A stretch of DNA of 62,240 nt, taken from the NCBI GenBank assembly GCA_010015585.1, contig ML975177.1; one strand, written 5' to 3'. Positions 10,117 to 24,661 of the stretch are shown piece after piece; position 1 is the stretch's first letter, and every line of letters begins with the position of its first letter. The DNA comes from Eremomyces bilateralis CBS 781.70 (Eukaryota). The notes beneath the pieces are model-generated. The model ran no database searches. It was given only the letters and a program-made list of their open reading frames with translations, and was not told the DNA's origin. Both the position numbers and the translations under genes were made by a program.

Positions 10117-12947
10117 GGGACCGGACAGGTGGTCACAAACAATTATGTCGAAGCGCCCCTAGCGACTGGGACGCCAGTTGGAAACCCTGATGCTCTGGCT
10201 GAAGACAAATGCCGTGTTACCGCAAACGCGGACTGTGGCTTGACGTCGGCAGTTCAACGACGCAATGGCCAGACTTCAAGCCAACTTATGGAACATGGCA
10301 AGCAAAGAAGGACGCCGCCACTATGTGAGAATGGCGCGGTTAGATGATGGTTCGGTGATCCACGCGCAGGTTGTATCACGGCGGCCGTTCCTTGTATGCG
10401 GCGACTCCAGTAATCGGACCGAAGCATCCAATTGACGAGTGAAACACAGTAGAGCAACGTGTAGGAGATGAGAGAAAAGAGCTGAATGCTAGCATGCAGA
10501 CTCAAGGGTTTGATACAGTGGGGGAGATGCGGATGGCGGCAGTGAGTAAGGAGGACTGGATCCGTGCGACGATGACGAGATAGCCGAAAAGAGTAATTAC
10601 AGGTATTTGTAGTAAGCAGAGCACAGCAGGCCATAGTACAACAGGCAGTCGCACAGTCAGGCAGTCACAATGTCAGATGGGAAAGAACGACCAGGACGAT
10701 GATTGCTCCCGGCCTCATTTGTCGACCACCTACGAAGTGTTGACATCCCGATCCCGATCTGTGTGGGGGATTCGCATTACCATGGATGACAGGATGACCT
10801 AGACACCTTGTTGAGACGTCGACCTCTCCATCCAAGCCAGAGGACAGCCAGAGCATCCTAGTCCTGTAATAACCGCATGAAATTAATCGCGACTTCGGTC
10901 GTTGAATGTGGAATATATGATGAGAAACGATGGCATTGCGCCCACGCCTGCTGGTCGCTGACGAACGGTGAGGGAAAAGAACCGCAGCGGTCTGGTGGGA
11001 TTGATATGCACGTGAGCGAGACCAGCTTTTCATCTTTCGCGGTTCCCGTCAATGCCCTAGATACGTGAGCTCGGTGGTCGAGGAATTTTGGATGGGGAGC
11101 TTCATGCAGGCGGGTCTTGACTAATGCACTGCATCCTGTGCTTCGCTGGTGGTTGACTTCGCTTGCAGCTCGACGGGAGTCTCCATGCCACCTAGCATAG
11201 GGTATAGGTAGCTGTATACTTGATGCAATCTCCATTTGCATCCAATTCAGGGTAAATGGGGGCCCACCTGCTCCGAATGTCAGCGGTTTTTCCATCGATT
11301 TGACCAAAGGGTCGATGGAGTGAACTCCAGAAATGGCCAGATTGGCCAGTCAGTGGATACGTCCCAGTACGAGTGATGTTATTCAATCCGGTCCATCTGA
11401 CGGATCTGACCTCACAGCCTACCACTGCCCGGAGATGCCCCTCCATTTCCGCTACCAAGTCTTTGGGCATCATCTTCGACTGGGATATGGACGGCTTTAT
11501 GTTGGTGCATTGGGCTCACGGCCTGCAGGCCGCAGGTCAAGGTCAAGGTCCAGGTCAACAAGACAACAGGTCAGTGGTCAAGGTGCCAAACCGACCAGGT
11601 CAAGGCTGCGGAGAGAGTCGGAGCCTCTCCGCGCACCGTCCACAGTGCAGAACATTCCAAGTCCATTCAGGTGCCACACTGCCACTTACTATGTACTGCT
11701 GCAGCGTGCATCAGCATGGAGGGGCAAATCGCAAACTGTCAAGACACATCGCATACTGCAGGCATAGTTTTCAGGAGCGTTTCCCTGGCCTGGACCAAAA
11801 TACCGTAGCGATGCCAGTCCCCACCCCTAATTGGCGCTGTATAAGGCGGACACCGTGAAGGGTGCTATTGCTTGCACCCCGTCCGCATGATCTACGAGAC
11901 ACGGGAACAGGAGGGCAATCGCCTCTTTAGGACGGACGACGCTCGACTGAAAGTCCAGTCCGACTGCGCAAAAGGGAGCTCACCAATCGTGGGCCGACGC
12001 GTTCAGAAATGGCCGTAGCCAGATAGAATAAAGAAGGCCTCTGACTGGGCCATGCTGCCCATCCTGCAGCACCGCGCAGTGCAATATCCTCATGCCGGAC
12101 CAACCGTATCCCAGAGATATCACACAAAACCGTCCGTCATGAAGCGCTAGAGCGAACCCTCCGACGAGCACTTTGGGGCGTTGAAATGTCACTGATCTGT
12201 TCATCCTGCTGCCGTCGCTCCATGTCGATTTTCCTACCTGCAAGTGACCAGACGGCCCGTGTTCCAGTGTTCAGCGTTCCAGCGTTCCAGCGCTCATGGC
12301 TGATGCCCACGACTCCATAAACCCCCAGCTTATCCCATTCCATTTCCATCCCACTACTACCGCCTGTTCTCCCATTAACGACCATCTCCCGCAGTTTGGA
12401 ATCCCGATTCTGGCCTAGTCCATCCGCTTGCAAGCGTCTTGGATCTTTGGAGGGGTTTGACTGGTGCGGTTCTTTGCTCAGTTCGCTGCTCCGTTCGCAT
12501 TTCTGCCCCGCGCTGATGAGATCGGGTGGTTGCACATCCACACGCGCTCTCTCCAATCTTGACTCTTGAGGTTCTTGATTTTTCCCGACCGACTAAGTGC
12601 GGATCGAACTGCTTTTCGGCTTCTGTTTGGTAGCGTTTCAGTGCTGGGACGGATCTGGACACGGGTGCTATCCTTGCAAGGCGATATCCGGTTGGCGATT
12701 GATACCGCTTAACACAAGCTTGTGTTGTTGCATGATTCTCGCTCGCGAGGCTTGCCATCGTTCACTCGAGCGCCGCTGAAAGCTGTGCTGAAAGCTTTCG
12801 GATTCACTTCTCCCCAACAGTCCATTTTCCTGGCACTTCCACACACGACTTCTTTCGAAAAACTTCATCACTTTTCGCACCAAGTGACTTCATCGTGGGG
12901 TTTCTGCAATTGCGCATCATCCGACCGGCGTGGACTCTTCCGTAAGA

Positions 12948-13981
12948 ATGTCCAAGTTATTTATTGGGTGAGATAATGAACCACTTCGTGGCCTGGAAAT
13001 CAGGATGAGATCTGACGCGAGCGACTGCAGTGGCCTTGCGTGGCACACCGACGACACCACCCTGCGAGCCAAGTTCGAGGAGTTTGGCCATGTTGAAGAA
13101 GCCGTGAGTGCGATCCCGATGCAAAGTATTCCGTTGACCCGCATCGTCTGACTTGCGCGCTGGACAGATCGTCGTGAAAGATCGCGACACGGGACGAAGC
13201 CGTGGGTTTGGGTTCGTCCGTTTCGCCGCCGAACCGGAGGCGGAGGCGGCGATCCAAGCGATGAACAATGTCGAGTGAGTTGTCCAGTGCGATTCAGACT
13301 CTCCCGAACATCCGTACTCGATAGATAGGTTTGCGATCATCTCCGGTTGGCGCCCATCGCGCTTCTCCGTGTGTTTTCTTTGGTTTTCGCTTCATGGTCT
13401 TCCCGTGTGCCTGCAAACTGGCGGTTGAGTTAATGGAACGATTTAGATTCGATGGACGGATGATTCGAGTCGACAAGGCGTCCGACAAGTCTTCGAACCG
13501 GTCGGGAGGCGGTGGATATGGAGGTCGCGGTGGGTATCAGGCCGGTGGAATGGGAGATGGCAACTACGGCATGAATCAGGCTTATGGAGGTGCGTTCGAC
13601 CTTTCTGCGATTTTCCGCGACATTTTCTTTGATCTTTCATTGCTCTTCGTCACTCTCACTAACTCCCACCCTCCCAGGCGGCATGGGAATGGGGTATATG
13701 GGCCAGAATCCCGGTTAGTCACGCGTAGCGAGTTCCTCTTCTGTGTATATCTGGAATCGCACTTACCCTTTGGTACAGGATACGGTCGTGGTGGAGGTCA
13801 GTGGGTCCAAGCTCCACATGGCCAACCACCGGCGCCTGCCATGAATCCCTACAACGCGGCTCCCTACTCGCAACCTCAAGCGCCGCAACAACAGCCATAT
13901 CCTCCGCAACAGCACCCCTCGCAATCGGCCCAGCAGTATGATCCGAACCAGGGCACCGGGAATCCGCAGCCCCAGTGGTAG
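12948..13981 (+). CDS. Glycine-rich RNA-binding protein: single RRM plus G/Y/Q/P-rich tail (introns 12968-13030, 13104-13167, 13275-13446, 13590-13677, 13714-13778)
   Basis: Spliced product [15 protein letters not shown] (RNP2)...[16 protein letters not shown] (RNP1)...[16 protein letters not shown], then GGYGGRGGY and a Q/P-rich tail. Not present as one ORF in the track. Confidence 0.92.
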
Positions 13982-15915
13982 ATGGCTTGACGGCTTGATG
14001 TCTTGATAGCTTGGTTGGGCTTCGAGGATTTCAGTTGGCAGAGCGCCAGACGATGCGGCACTCCGCTTGCACCAGACGGACATCTCTCCTTCGGCGGTCA
14101 TTCATCAGGCATGTCTGAACCGACTTCGACTTCACTATCGCATTCACGCGAGAAACGGCCGCATTTCTTATATTCGCTTCAACGGAACCTGTTCCCCTTA
14201 TTTTCACTTCCCCCAGCATTTTTTAATCCCCCGCTTTCCCTCCAATCCCCCCGATCGGATTTTGTTGCCCGTTCTTCGTCATGCCTGCTCGGCTCGCACT
14301 CCTCATCAGGGATAGATACCATCAGGACTCGGCGTCGGATTCAGTCTGCAAGCCTCACTGTGATGTAGCGTATTCGATGGGACAAAACCATGGGCATTTG
14401 CTTTTTTCATCAGTGTCGCAACAATGAAGTTTCAGTTCCCCTCCACTCTCAACCGTGCTATGAAAGTTTTGTATTTCACCTTTGCATGGCCGGCTCTACT
14501 TTAGTCAACCAGCTGATCCCATTATATCGCTTCCATGCACCAACCGCTCTTCTCGAATGGCGAATCAAACGGGACGCTGACGTGGCTTGCTGTGACGTGT
14601 ACCTGCAAGTCGACGGCACTTGATGTCAGTCAATGGATGTCGCTCTGGACACTGAAATCCCGCCCATCCCACACTACATAGTAGGTATTGGATATGATGG
14701 CGGACTACTACGTGGTTGGCTATTGTTGGCGAACCGTGCCACCGAGGAACGCCCATGTCTGTGCACCAGAGCATCGAGCCAGATATCAAGTTTTTAATAC
14801 TCTATTGATTCAGTGATAGACATGGTGCCTATCTGCGAATCTCGAATTGACAAACGCCGGAGATATCTTTTGAAGGGTTTCTTAACGTGCATGCCTTTGG
14901 TATTCCCCCTGTCGGCTCGCACAACCTCTGGATTAAGCTGCGGTTGCCAATATATGATGTGGATTTGATTGCCCGGATATCTTTATCCTCCACTCCAGTG
15001 TCGAAGCCATGACTCGTTCCCTACGTCTTAAGACATCATAAGATATTGCTATTTGTTTTGTATACCTACCTAGCACTACCAATTTCAGTACTTGTCCCCA
15101 GATGAGGCCAGTGGACGTACCACCCAATTCGACGGTCACTACTTGACTTCATTTACGAAACATTACCCGGATTTCATTGTTGACAGTTGAAATATCGTAT
15201 GCCTGGCCCATGATGGTGGAAGGTTTATGGGAATGATTTGAAATTGTATGATACCAAGACGTATATTCGTATCCAGCACCAGCCTTTTATTTGAAGGACC
15301 ATTCACACACCGAGACCCACTGAATATGTTTGTTAGAATTGATAATAACTACCTATAGGACGCCGAGCCACTAGCAGTGTGGGCCGCGTCTTAAATCAAT
15401 TACGAGTAACGTTCTCTATAATCTGAACAAAGGGGACGATTTCATTTGTAATAGCAGGTGGGAAGACTCGCAAGTGCGGTAAACACTGAGATATGAGGAG
15501 TGGCCGAGCCTGTAACTCGAAGCGTGGACTCGCGCTTTAGATGGATAACAGCGACATCATAAAAACTGGATGGGAGATGGAGAAGAAGATCCATAGTGAT
15601 ATAGGATTGTATCTGCTTAAGCAGTGCCAAAAACCCCATTCTCACCTACAGTACTATATACACATTGCAACAGAAACCGATGAAAGTCATGGATGGGTAT
15701 CACAAACAGAACAACATGCAGCCCCTCAAAGGTCCCTCTCCCTGAAAACCGAAACTGCACGCTAGTGATGACCAAAGGGAATCAAGTCAACGCGATGACC
15801 TAAACCGTCACAATGGAATCACATGGTGAACGATATCCATGAATCCTCCATACTAAAACAGGGACGCTGCTAATTTCATTCTTGTTCCTCCACGAAAAGT
15901 CTCCGAGTCGGAGCG

Positions 15916-18500
15916 TCACAGGCAGATCCCCGCCAACTCCCTCATTCGAATGACGTCCTTTGACCTTTCGGAATCCCACGTGGGGATGAGGTGAAGGATA
16001 GTGTCGTCGACGCAACGGCTCGTGCACCCAGTCCTCTCGTACTCGAAGACGCCGCCATACCGTCGATCGGCGTTCGCGAGATATATTTTATCTCCGCCCT
16101 CGGAGAAATCGAACCCGGCGATCGCCCCGAACATGTCCTGCACGTGCACGTGTTCGGAATCGTAGGTCGACGCGTCCACGAGCTGGAGGACGTCATCTTG
16201 CTCCGCGATCGCGAGGATGCGGGAACCGCCGCCTAGGGGTGAAAAGCGCAGGGAGCGCGGGTAGGTGAGTTTGGAGTCCACCACACCCACCGTCTGCGTC
16301 CACATTCGGACATCGCGGATGACGACGCGGAGGTCGTCGCCTCCGGTTGCTACGTGGAGGCCATCAGGTGACCAAGCACATGCGAAGGCAAATGCATTGG
16401 AGTGGACGCCAGTGACTCGGGTGATCGGTGCTCCAGAGACTGCTTCTGTAAACACTATCTCGTTAAAATCGCCTACAACTGCTCGCATGCGGCCATCAGG
16501 GGACGTGGCAGAGCAGTTGACCGGCCCATTATACGTGCTCTTGTGCGTGAATATATTTCGTTCGCAATCGAGGATTCGGATATACTGATCGTTCGACGAG
16601 AAAACGGCAATTGGGTTTCCGGAAATTCGGTCCTTGCTAACCTCGACGTGGTTTATACTACCGGATTCTCGGGGCGATGTAACTGTCCCCCTAATTGGAT
16701 TACTGCCGAGCGATGAATGAAGATACTTCATGGCGTAACCGCCCTGCAATTCGCCGGCAACCACAAGGCCTTGGTTCGCAGCCAGGGAGACTATACTGTG
16801 CTGATGTCTGGTGGACGGCTCGCTGTGTGTGTTGAGGACCGTTCGAACGGATCCATCCGAAGGATTAAAGCGTTGAACAAGATGGTCACTGGCGAAATAA
16901 ACGTTGCCCAAGGAAGTGGTCGCTAATAAATTCCGTAATTGGAAATGCAATACTTTTGGTCGCGTGGATTCTTCCGATATTGGCTGAAATGATCGGAATC
17001 CAAAAGGGGCGTGATCTTGCTTGAAGTGATCGCGGTTCTGCTGGGCGGTTAGCTCTGTTTAATTGGCGATCAGTATTGATGCCCAGGCTGACATACTGTT
17101 GATACACAACCCATTGGAGTTATGTGACGGTAAAAAATGGAGCGGGCACCTCTCGCAGCGTCCCTGGTTGTCATTGCGTCCTGCCAAGTGATCCCTTGCT
17201 GGTCCGATATGACTGAGGATTTAACTGAGTTGTACACCCTTTTCGAGCCAACTGAGGTATTAATTGGTGAGCCATCGTGCGGGAGGCTAACGTATGGCCA
17301 TCCTCTTGCTCCGCGTCCTGATTCGCCTTGCCAGACGCCGAGGAAATCGTGGAAGTCCCCGATCGCATCGGGATCGGCGACGGTGATGTCTGACGCGGTA
17401 GGAGCAAGGAAGCTGTCCGCCATGGGATGATGAATCAGAGGGACCACCATTGAGGAAGTGGTTTGTTGTGGTTCAGAATGATTGGAAGGCGGTCGTCCAG
17501 CATCGGGGGACGATAGTGTAGGAGAATTCGGTGATGTCAGTGATTCCACTGACGAAGGATGTGCCTGGTGAAAACTAGGTGTGGGATTGTACGGAGAAGG
17601 AGGGGGAGAGTGTAGGATTGAATGAGGATGGGAATTAGGAAAATTCGTAGGCGGAATAGCAGAAGAAGGACAGTATGAGGTATCTTGATGGTGATGAATC
17701 TTGATGTGTCCGTGGTGTTCAAGGGCGGTACTCCTCCGACGGATCCTTTTCCGAGATGCAGACAGCTGAGCGGGAGGAAGTGAGCGGGAGGAATTGGAGG
17801 AATAGGAGAACCGAGAGGATGGAGAACGCTCAGAAGATCGAGAAGGTTCAGAGTGTGGAGAGTAATATCGTAAATCCGTGACTCCTCGTTCTTCAGTTCT
17901 GAGGCGGAGTAGATAGGAGGCGGATCGAGATCGTCGAGACATCTGGAATGATGACCCTTCTCCTTCATTATCCCTCGCTGTGAACAACTCCTCCTCATTT
18001 TCTGTTTGCTCTCCGGATTGCTTGCTGGCCTGCTCTTCATTGATGTAAGAGGAGCTCATGGCGTTCTCCCAATGTTTCTCCCAAGTCCTCTCCCATGTGA
18101 GCGCCATATGCGTGGTTGCCCCGTGCCACGTTTTCGTATCAGAACAAGTTCGTCCATCGGGATCCGTACACTCCATACAACCACTCCCCATACAGGTACT
18201 GTTAACGTCCATACCTGTATCCATCCCTCCATCCTCAGTCAATTCATCCACTGGAAAAGTGCTTGCTCTTGCTGGAGACCATGAAACCTCAGAGACGGCG
18301 TCGTCCACCTCAGCTATACCATCACTGTCCGCATCTCCATGAAACTGAAGCTCGTTCTGAGAAGAACTCAACCATGGCCTCTGGCGCATATTATGGGGGA
18401 GAGCCACGAATCCGGCCATCTCAGTCCCTAGAACCATCGCTCCACGGTACGACGGCCGACTTGACCCCACGTCCGGAAAATGGTCGGTATAGTTACTCAT
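15916..18500 (-). CDS. WD40-repeat protein, DUF2415/C2A9.03-like, with a long disordered N-terminus (intron 17041-17096)
   Basis: Motifs HFQLRNLL, SPDGRMRAVVGD, FACAWSPDG..ATGGDD, RSLRFSP, IAEQDD, GAIAGFDFS. A phase-0 GTATGT...CTAAC...CAG intron joins the two ORFs. Confidence 0.85.
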
Positions 18501-20850
18501 GCCTGGAAGTTCGTCGAGGATGCCTCTCCGCTCGAGGGTAAGTCAACGGCACGCCTAGCAGCGTGGAACGGTCGACGGACATTGAGCGAAAAAGAGGTAA
18601 GGCGATGACAAAGACCAAACAATTTCAGTCCGACGAACGGGCGGACGTGTTGAAATAAGAAGAGAGCACAGGAAACCGAAACGGTACGGCCGATGCTGGA
18701 CCCCGACCTTCCGCTGGCCCAGGATGCGATGCGGAATTGCAAGGTCGGGTACCAGCGCGTTGGAATGCCTCCCGAGCAGGATCCCAAATGTTCTCTTGTT
18801 GCGGGTTCTTCTGGATCCAGGGCCCTTCCCTCACCTTGGGATTACGGACGAGCACAACGACCAAGGAAAAAGCAAGCGGAAACAGAGGCAGGGGAAATGG
18901 GAGGACGAACGAGAACAGAGGCGGCGAACAACCGTCGATTAACGACGGAACCGTGCTCCCTTGTGTGACAATTCCTCACGGAAACGTGGAAGCCGGTCCA
19001 AGCGGAGGGGAATTGTGTAGCAGCGGCACGATGCCGCAACGGCATCGCCAGAGGAAGTAAAATAGGCGATGGAAACCCAGCGCAAGCGACGACAACCCAC
19101 CCACTTCAACCGTTCAACGCCAGCACGCACGACGAAAACGGACACACTCCCCGGACTCTCAAGGAGATTTCAACCGAGTTGCAAGGGGGGAAGGCGCAAA
19201 ATAGGGCCACGACCAGTGAGTGATGGAAAGAATTGGTTCAGTGGCCAACGCCGGACGAGGGGTCGATGCAGGATGCAGTGTCAAACCGCATGACAGGCAG
19301 GGAATTCGCTCCCCCAAGTATCGAAGGCACAAACTTTAGAACTCGGCGCACTTCCCTCGACGACACGCCGCTGCGAGTGCCCTAAGATATGCCAGGTTTC
19401 TGAGGATACAATGCCGCAGGGAGAATATGCCAGCGGCATTCCATGGTGGAGAGCGAGGACGAAGAAAAATGAGCGGACGGACGAAGGGAGCGAGCATCTT
19501 CACGGGAGGTCCTTGATTTGGACAAGCGCCATTCCAGGTAGAGATTGGATATAAATGCGACAATCGATTGGCGGCCGGGCCTTGTCAATATTCAATGTGG
19601 ACAAATGAGCGGCGATATTAACTATACGATCCTCTTCACAAGGTGAGAAAGCGGTCCGAGGAATCCACGACGTTGACGTCCGAAAGATTCGAGCCTCGCC
19701 GAGACTTTGAAATCATTAAAAGTCCGAATCCGTCGCATGTTCTATATCATCGTATTGCCATAATCGTTATTGTTATTATCTTCACAATTGTCACGGCAAC
19801 AAACAACTTCGTCCCTGATTGACTCACCAAGGTGTTTTGAGACCTGAGACATACATGCCGTGCACATTCACTGCACACAGTCAACGCAGCGACTGGGGAC
19901 ACGAGAGACCATGGCAGACAGGGACTCCAGTCGCTCACCCGCAGCATCTCCAACTGACCTTGAAATGCCACCAGGACCTTGTGTGATACCGTCGTGTGTT
20001 TTGTGAGGATGGTTATCGACTTGTGAACGTTCTCTCAACAGAAGCCGTGGGCGTCAAGGACGAAGAGCCACAAATGGGATGTATGTATGAGCGGGCCTGT
20101 CATGGCGAAGCTGAGAGGGACGAGGATGTTGGACCGTCGTCCCCCACCAACGCCGAGAATTCCCCCTCTCAGCCCGTCACCACAAACAACAAACCGAGAT
20201 GCATCGCTCTCAATCCTACCTGCTACCTAACAGCCGGTTCTCGTTTGGCATGATAATGGCATGACCCCTCGCGGTGTCGTGTAACGACGACAACTCACAC
20301 AATTCGCCACGGACTGCCTGCGCGGCGCGGCGCAGGCGGTGGTGCATGCAACTTGTCTCCTTCGGGCGACGAGATACGACCGAAGCTGGTGACGATATCG
20401 CACGACCGATGCACGATGTGGACTGCGACGACGGATCAAGACGGGAATGGCAGGTAACGGATGCCGGTTTTAAACACTACGTAGGTACATGGAGGCGAGG
20501 TATCTATTTACGGGGACCCCGGCGTCGGGGGCCCGTCGAGGATTGGTGGCTGTACTACAGATGAAGAAAAGGTGGTGCAAAAAACCCACGTGGTTGGAAA
20601 ACAGCGCGCCGGCCCCCTCCAAATCGAGACGAAAAAGCAGGCGGAATGGAACGAAAGGGAAGATGAGGAAAATCCGCGCTGAACGCCACTCATGCAACAC
20701 AAACAGGAAGTACCGGTGGTAGCACAACAATGAACGCGAATGAAGCAGCCCCGCTTTCTCCTATTATTCTCTTTTCCCCAATCGAGGGCCGTCCCCTGGT
20801 GAAGCGAAAAGAGGCCACGCGAGACGGGGGCTCCAACCAACCATGCAACC

Positions 20851-23800
20851 TTAATCGTAATATTCATATGCGCCTTGATGTTGCTGCTGATGGTGCTGTT
20901 GCTGCATCGGCCACGTTCCAGCGCCGGTGGTCGTGGCGGATTGCTGCGACCACGCCGACGCCTGGCCTTTGAGCCGGCGTTCCTGCTCAAAGTCGCCCCA
21001 TCGCTTCATTGTGATCTTGCTGCTGTCGAACTCGCCCTCGTATTCGATGCCGGCCTTCTTGGTCTTCTCGCCGGCCGTCTTCCGCGTCTCGCCCCAGCTG
21101 AAGTCGTCGAATTTCCAGTAGGCGTACGTTGGGAGCACGAAGTTCCAGATAGGGAGGGAGATCAGGTAAGCAAGCATGTAGAGGACGTACGAAACGCGGC
21201 TCGCGGTCAACACGATCAAAAAGCCCGGAAGACCCAGGATGAGCGCGAGTAGGATGAGGGGGATTAAGGGGGCTTCGGTGTGGGTAATGCCGGCCTTGAT
21301 CGTGATTGCAACTAGTCGCTTCGTCAGCAGCGTTCGGTCAAACATCATTGGATTACCGAACAGGGGACTTACTTAGATAGATGGTGAAGGAGATGGCGGC
21401 GGGTAGCACCAAGGTCCCGACCAATTCGATGAACACGACGAACTGCATGCTGAAACAGAAGGTTCCACAAAGATCCCGCACCAAAACCAGCTCCATCAAG
21501 TTGTGCACCGTGCTGTTGATCCATCGTCGACGTTGCGAGAGCAGCACCTTGAACTGCTCGGGGACCGTGGTCTTGCAGACCGCCTGAGGGATGAATACCT
21601 GCTTTCGCTTGGGGAACGTCTTCAGCATCAGGGTCGAGAGGTATCGGTCCTCGCCGAGCAGCAACAGATTCTTCTTGTGGAGGGTGTCGACGACGTTTTC
21701 GGAGTAGTGCTCGACGACGTCCGGGTTGGCTAGGATGGGCACCCAGTAGTTCTGACCGCCTTTCGGGGCTTTGATTCGATACATGCAGAAGCAGCCGGGA
21801 AGACAGGTGACGCCGCCGAACACGGACTCGAACGACTTGGACAAGTGATGGGAGATGAAGTACCTAGATCACCGATTAGCGCGAAGGCATCATGCGTGGA
21901 TAATTGGAACTTACTCGAAGACCTGGATGATGGTCACCCATGTATCTCGCTTGTTGGCAATCTTCGTCTCGCCGCAAAGGCCCATAATATGAGGATCCTT
22001 CACCATGGCGGAGATCATGTGCGTCAGACTGTCCGGGAACACGGTGGTATCGGCGTCGACCATGAGCACCACTTCATAGAAGTCCGGGGAAATGCCCGTG
22101 ATCTTCCAGATGCCGTTAAAGATCTCGAACTCCAGCTCCGTCATCCGCTCGTCGAACATGACCTTCTGCAGGAAGCTCATCAGGATGATCTGGCTGTCGC
22201 GCTTGCCTCGGTTGCCCGGTTTGGAATTCGTGGCCTCGTCTTCGGTGCCGGTTTTTACGACCACCAGCATGGGAACGCGTTGTTGCTTCTCCGTCGGGAC
22301 GCGAGAGTCTTGGCCGTAGTTATAGAAGCCGGAGTAGATTTTGGCCATGCTGTGGCGCTTGGTGCCGCTAGCAACAGCCACATACGAATAGGGGAGCACT
22401 TCTTCCCGGGGAATGGTGTTATCCTTCATCATGTCCAGGATGATGTCAGGGGTGGTCTGGGACTCTCCATGACCCTTGATCAGACCGTCGCAGACCACGA
22501 AGATCAATTTGTGACTATTCGGATAGTCCGTGGTGGCGACGGAGTCGAGAGTCGTCCGAATGCTATCAGCTCCCTCGGAGTAGGCAGTGACCAGGCAGAT
22601 CGCGTGAGCAAGAGGATATCCGAACGGTTGCCATTCCGCGGGGGGTTGAGGAACTACGGCTTCGTGAATAAAACCGGCCGGGCCAGGGCCTTCGGACTCG
22701 CCAATGATGCTGTTGTATTTGCCGTCGCCCGTGCCCGACCAAAGAAGGCTCGCCCGGCTCTCCTGGGACATAGGCTTGGACTGAGAGTCGTAATACGCCG
22801 TCGGCAGCGTCCCTTGACTTTGGTTGCCCTGTCTGTACATGCTCCCTCTTGCGCCGGAGCCTTGTGTTTGACTGGTCATAGTGGTTGGAGGGGCTTTGGT
22901 TTTGGCAAGGGAACGCTCGATGGCATAGGGGCTCGTGAAACGCGACGTCGTGGGGAATAAGGTGCTGCCGCGCTTGCTGGTTCGGTCGAGAGCCGCCTCA
23001 GGGCGGGGGGGAGCACGATATATATCCTCGCTCCAGTCCTCGATCTGCTGCTTACGCTTCTTGGAATCCGACCCCAGAGACGTCTTCTTTGCGCTATACT
23101 TGTGGCATATGAACCATTGGAAGGCCATCGCAAGCACGAACTTCGCACCCACGATAGAAAGGATGAAGACAAGCAAAACATAGAGCACGACTTTGGAAGC
23201 AATGCACCCGACGGTCTCCGAAGCGACTGTCCCTACCTTGACGATTTGCGTCAAGCATCGAGCGACGTGCTTGTCGCGCTTGGTCATGAACGCTCGAGTG
23301 ACATCGACGCCACGAACGCTGGGGTTCGTTCGAAGCGCATCGAACTCTGGGGGGATATTGACCGCGGTTCGGTTGAACCAGTTAATAAGGTTCAAGTCCA
23401 AGACATCTCCGCTCCACACCATCAGATTCCGGCTGCTGTTCTTGATATCGGACCACTCGAAGTAGACGTCTCCAAAGGCATTCAGGGAGTAGAAGGCATC
23501 CCGTGCCGCATTTGAAGTATGGCACGAGTAGCCGTTGTAGTATGGAACGGTGATGTTCGGCTCGCTCGAACCATCTTGATTGAAGGTCCGACAAGGGAAA
23601 TACCAGCCCATATTTTGTCCGTCTGTAGGGACTCCGGAGTTTGGTTTCGGGGTGATGAGACCCTTGCATGCGCCATTGACGTTCTGAAAGAGAAAACTGC
23701 CGTCCTTCCCGCCGTGCTTCTCGGGGAGATCGAAGAGAACGTTGGCATTATCCGGGACACCTCTAGCTAGCTGATGGTGAGACCGGGATAGGTCGTACGC

Positions 23801-24661
23801 TTGACCATGTAGGATCATGAAGCCCGCGTCGACTTTGTTGATTTTCATCCGATTACTGGCAGTTGGCGGGCACACCGTCTGTGTGAAGCCGAAGGTGAGG
23901 AAACCCACTGCAGCGCAGATGCTAAGGATGATGCTGATCAGTCCGATCTTCTCGCGCCACGCTCTCTGCTGGGCCCGCGCCGGCATCCCGAAACATTTCA
24001 GCACCGCATCTGGAGCCCAGAATGTGATGATCCCGCAGTAGATGTTCCACAAACTCGGAGGACGAAGGATCTCCTTCTGGCGATCTTTCTCCGCGCGCGA
24101 CTCTTTCTTCGTCATCTTTCGCTTGAGTCGCTTCGAGCCCTGTTGTCGTCCGTCGAGGGGAACACTATCGTACTTCTCGTTCATGTCATTCTCGCCATAG
24201 CCCGGGCGTCCCGTGGTCCCAGGTTCCGGTCGGTTGAGGCTTTTCATATCGGTACTGTCGGAGCTGACCGTTCCCGCCTCCACGTGATCTTCGAAGATCG
24301 GATCATTGCCCGTCGTCGAAGGATAAATGGCCATATTCTGGGCATGTTTACGGTAATGGTAGTTGGGATGGTCACGGTCGATGCGGTTCCGTTCGGGTCG
24401 GATCAGGCTCCGTTTCCGCGAGAAGTCTTGCCCGCGATTCTGGGCCGTCATCATGGGATCTTGATCGCCTAATGGCGTCCCCGGCGATGGGTAAGGTTGC
24501 GAGTATTGAGGATAGTTAGCGCCGCGGGTGGGTGAAGTGGGTGTGTCTGCGTTGGCGGGATTGCGCGATTCCAAATCCGAAGGTCGGCGACGGCGTGATG
24601 GAGACTCTCGATAGGTGTTTTCCCGGCCAGCAGAGGCCGCGTGGTGATGAGGAGTCGCCAT
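20851..24661 (-). CDS. CHS3: Class IV chitin synthase (yeast Chs3-like; introns 21864-21914, 21312-21372)
   Basis: AWREKIGLI, cytochrome-b5-like region, [58 protein letters not shown]. No myosin motor domain, consistent with class IV. Confidence 0.96.

Noticed and set aside
11333..11858. Overlapping 144- and 161-aa ORFs in the intergenic region
   Set aside because: No domain and no convincing codon pattern; partly explained by the AGGTCA repeat.
21845..22960. 371-aa plus-strand ORF
   Set aside because: Antisense shadow of the chitin synthase.
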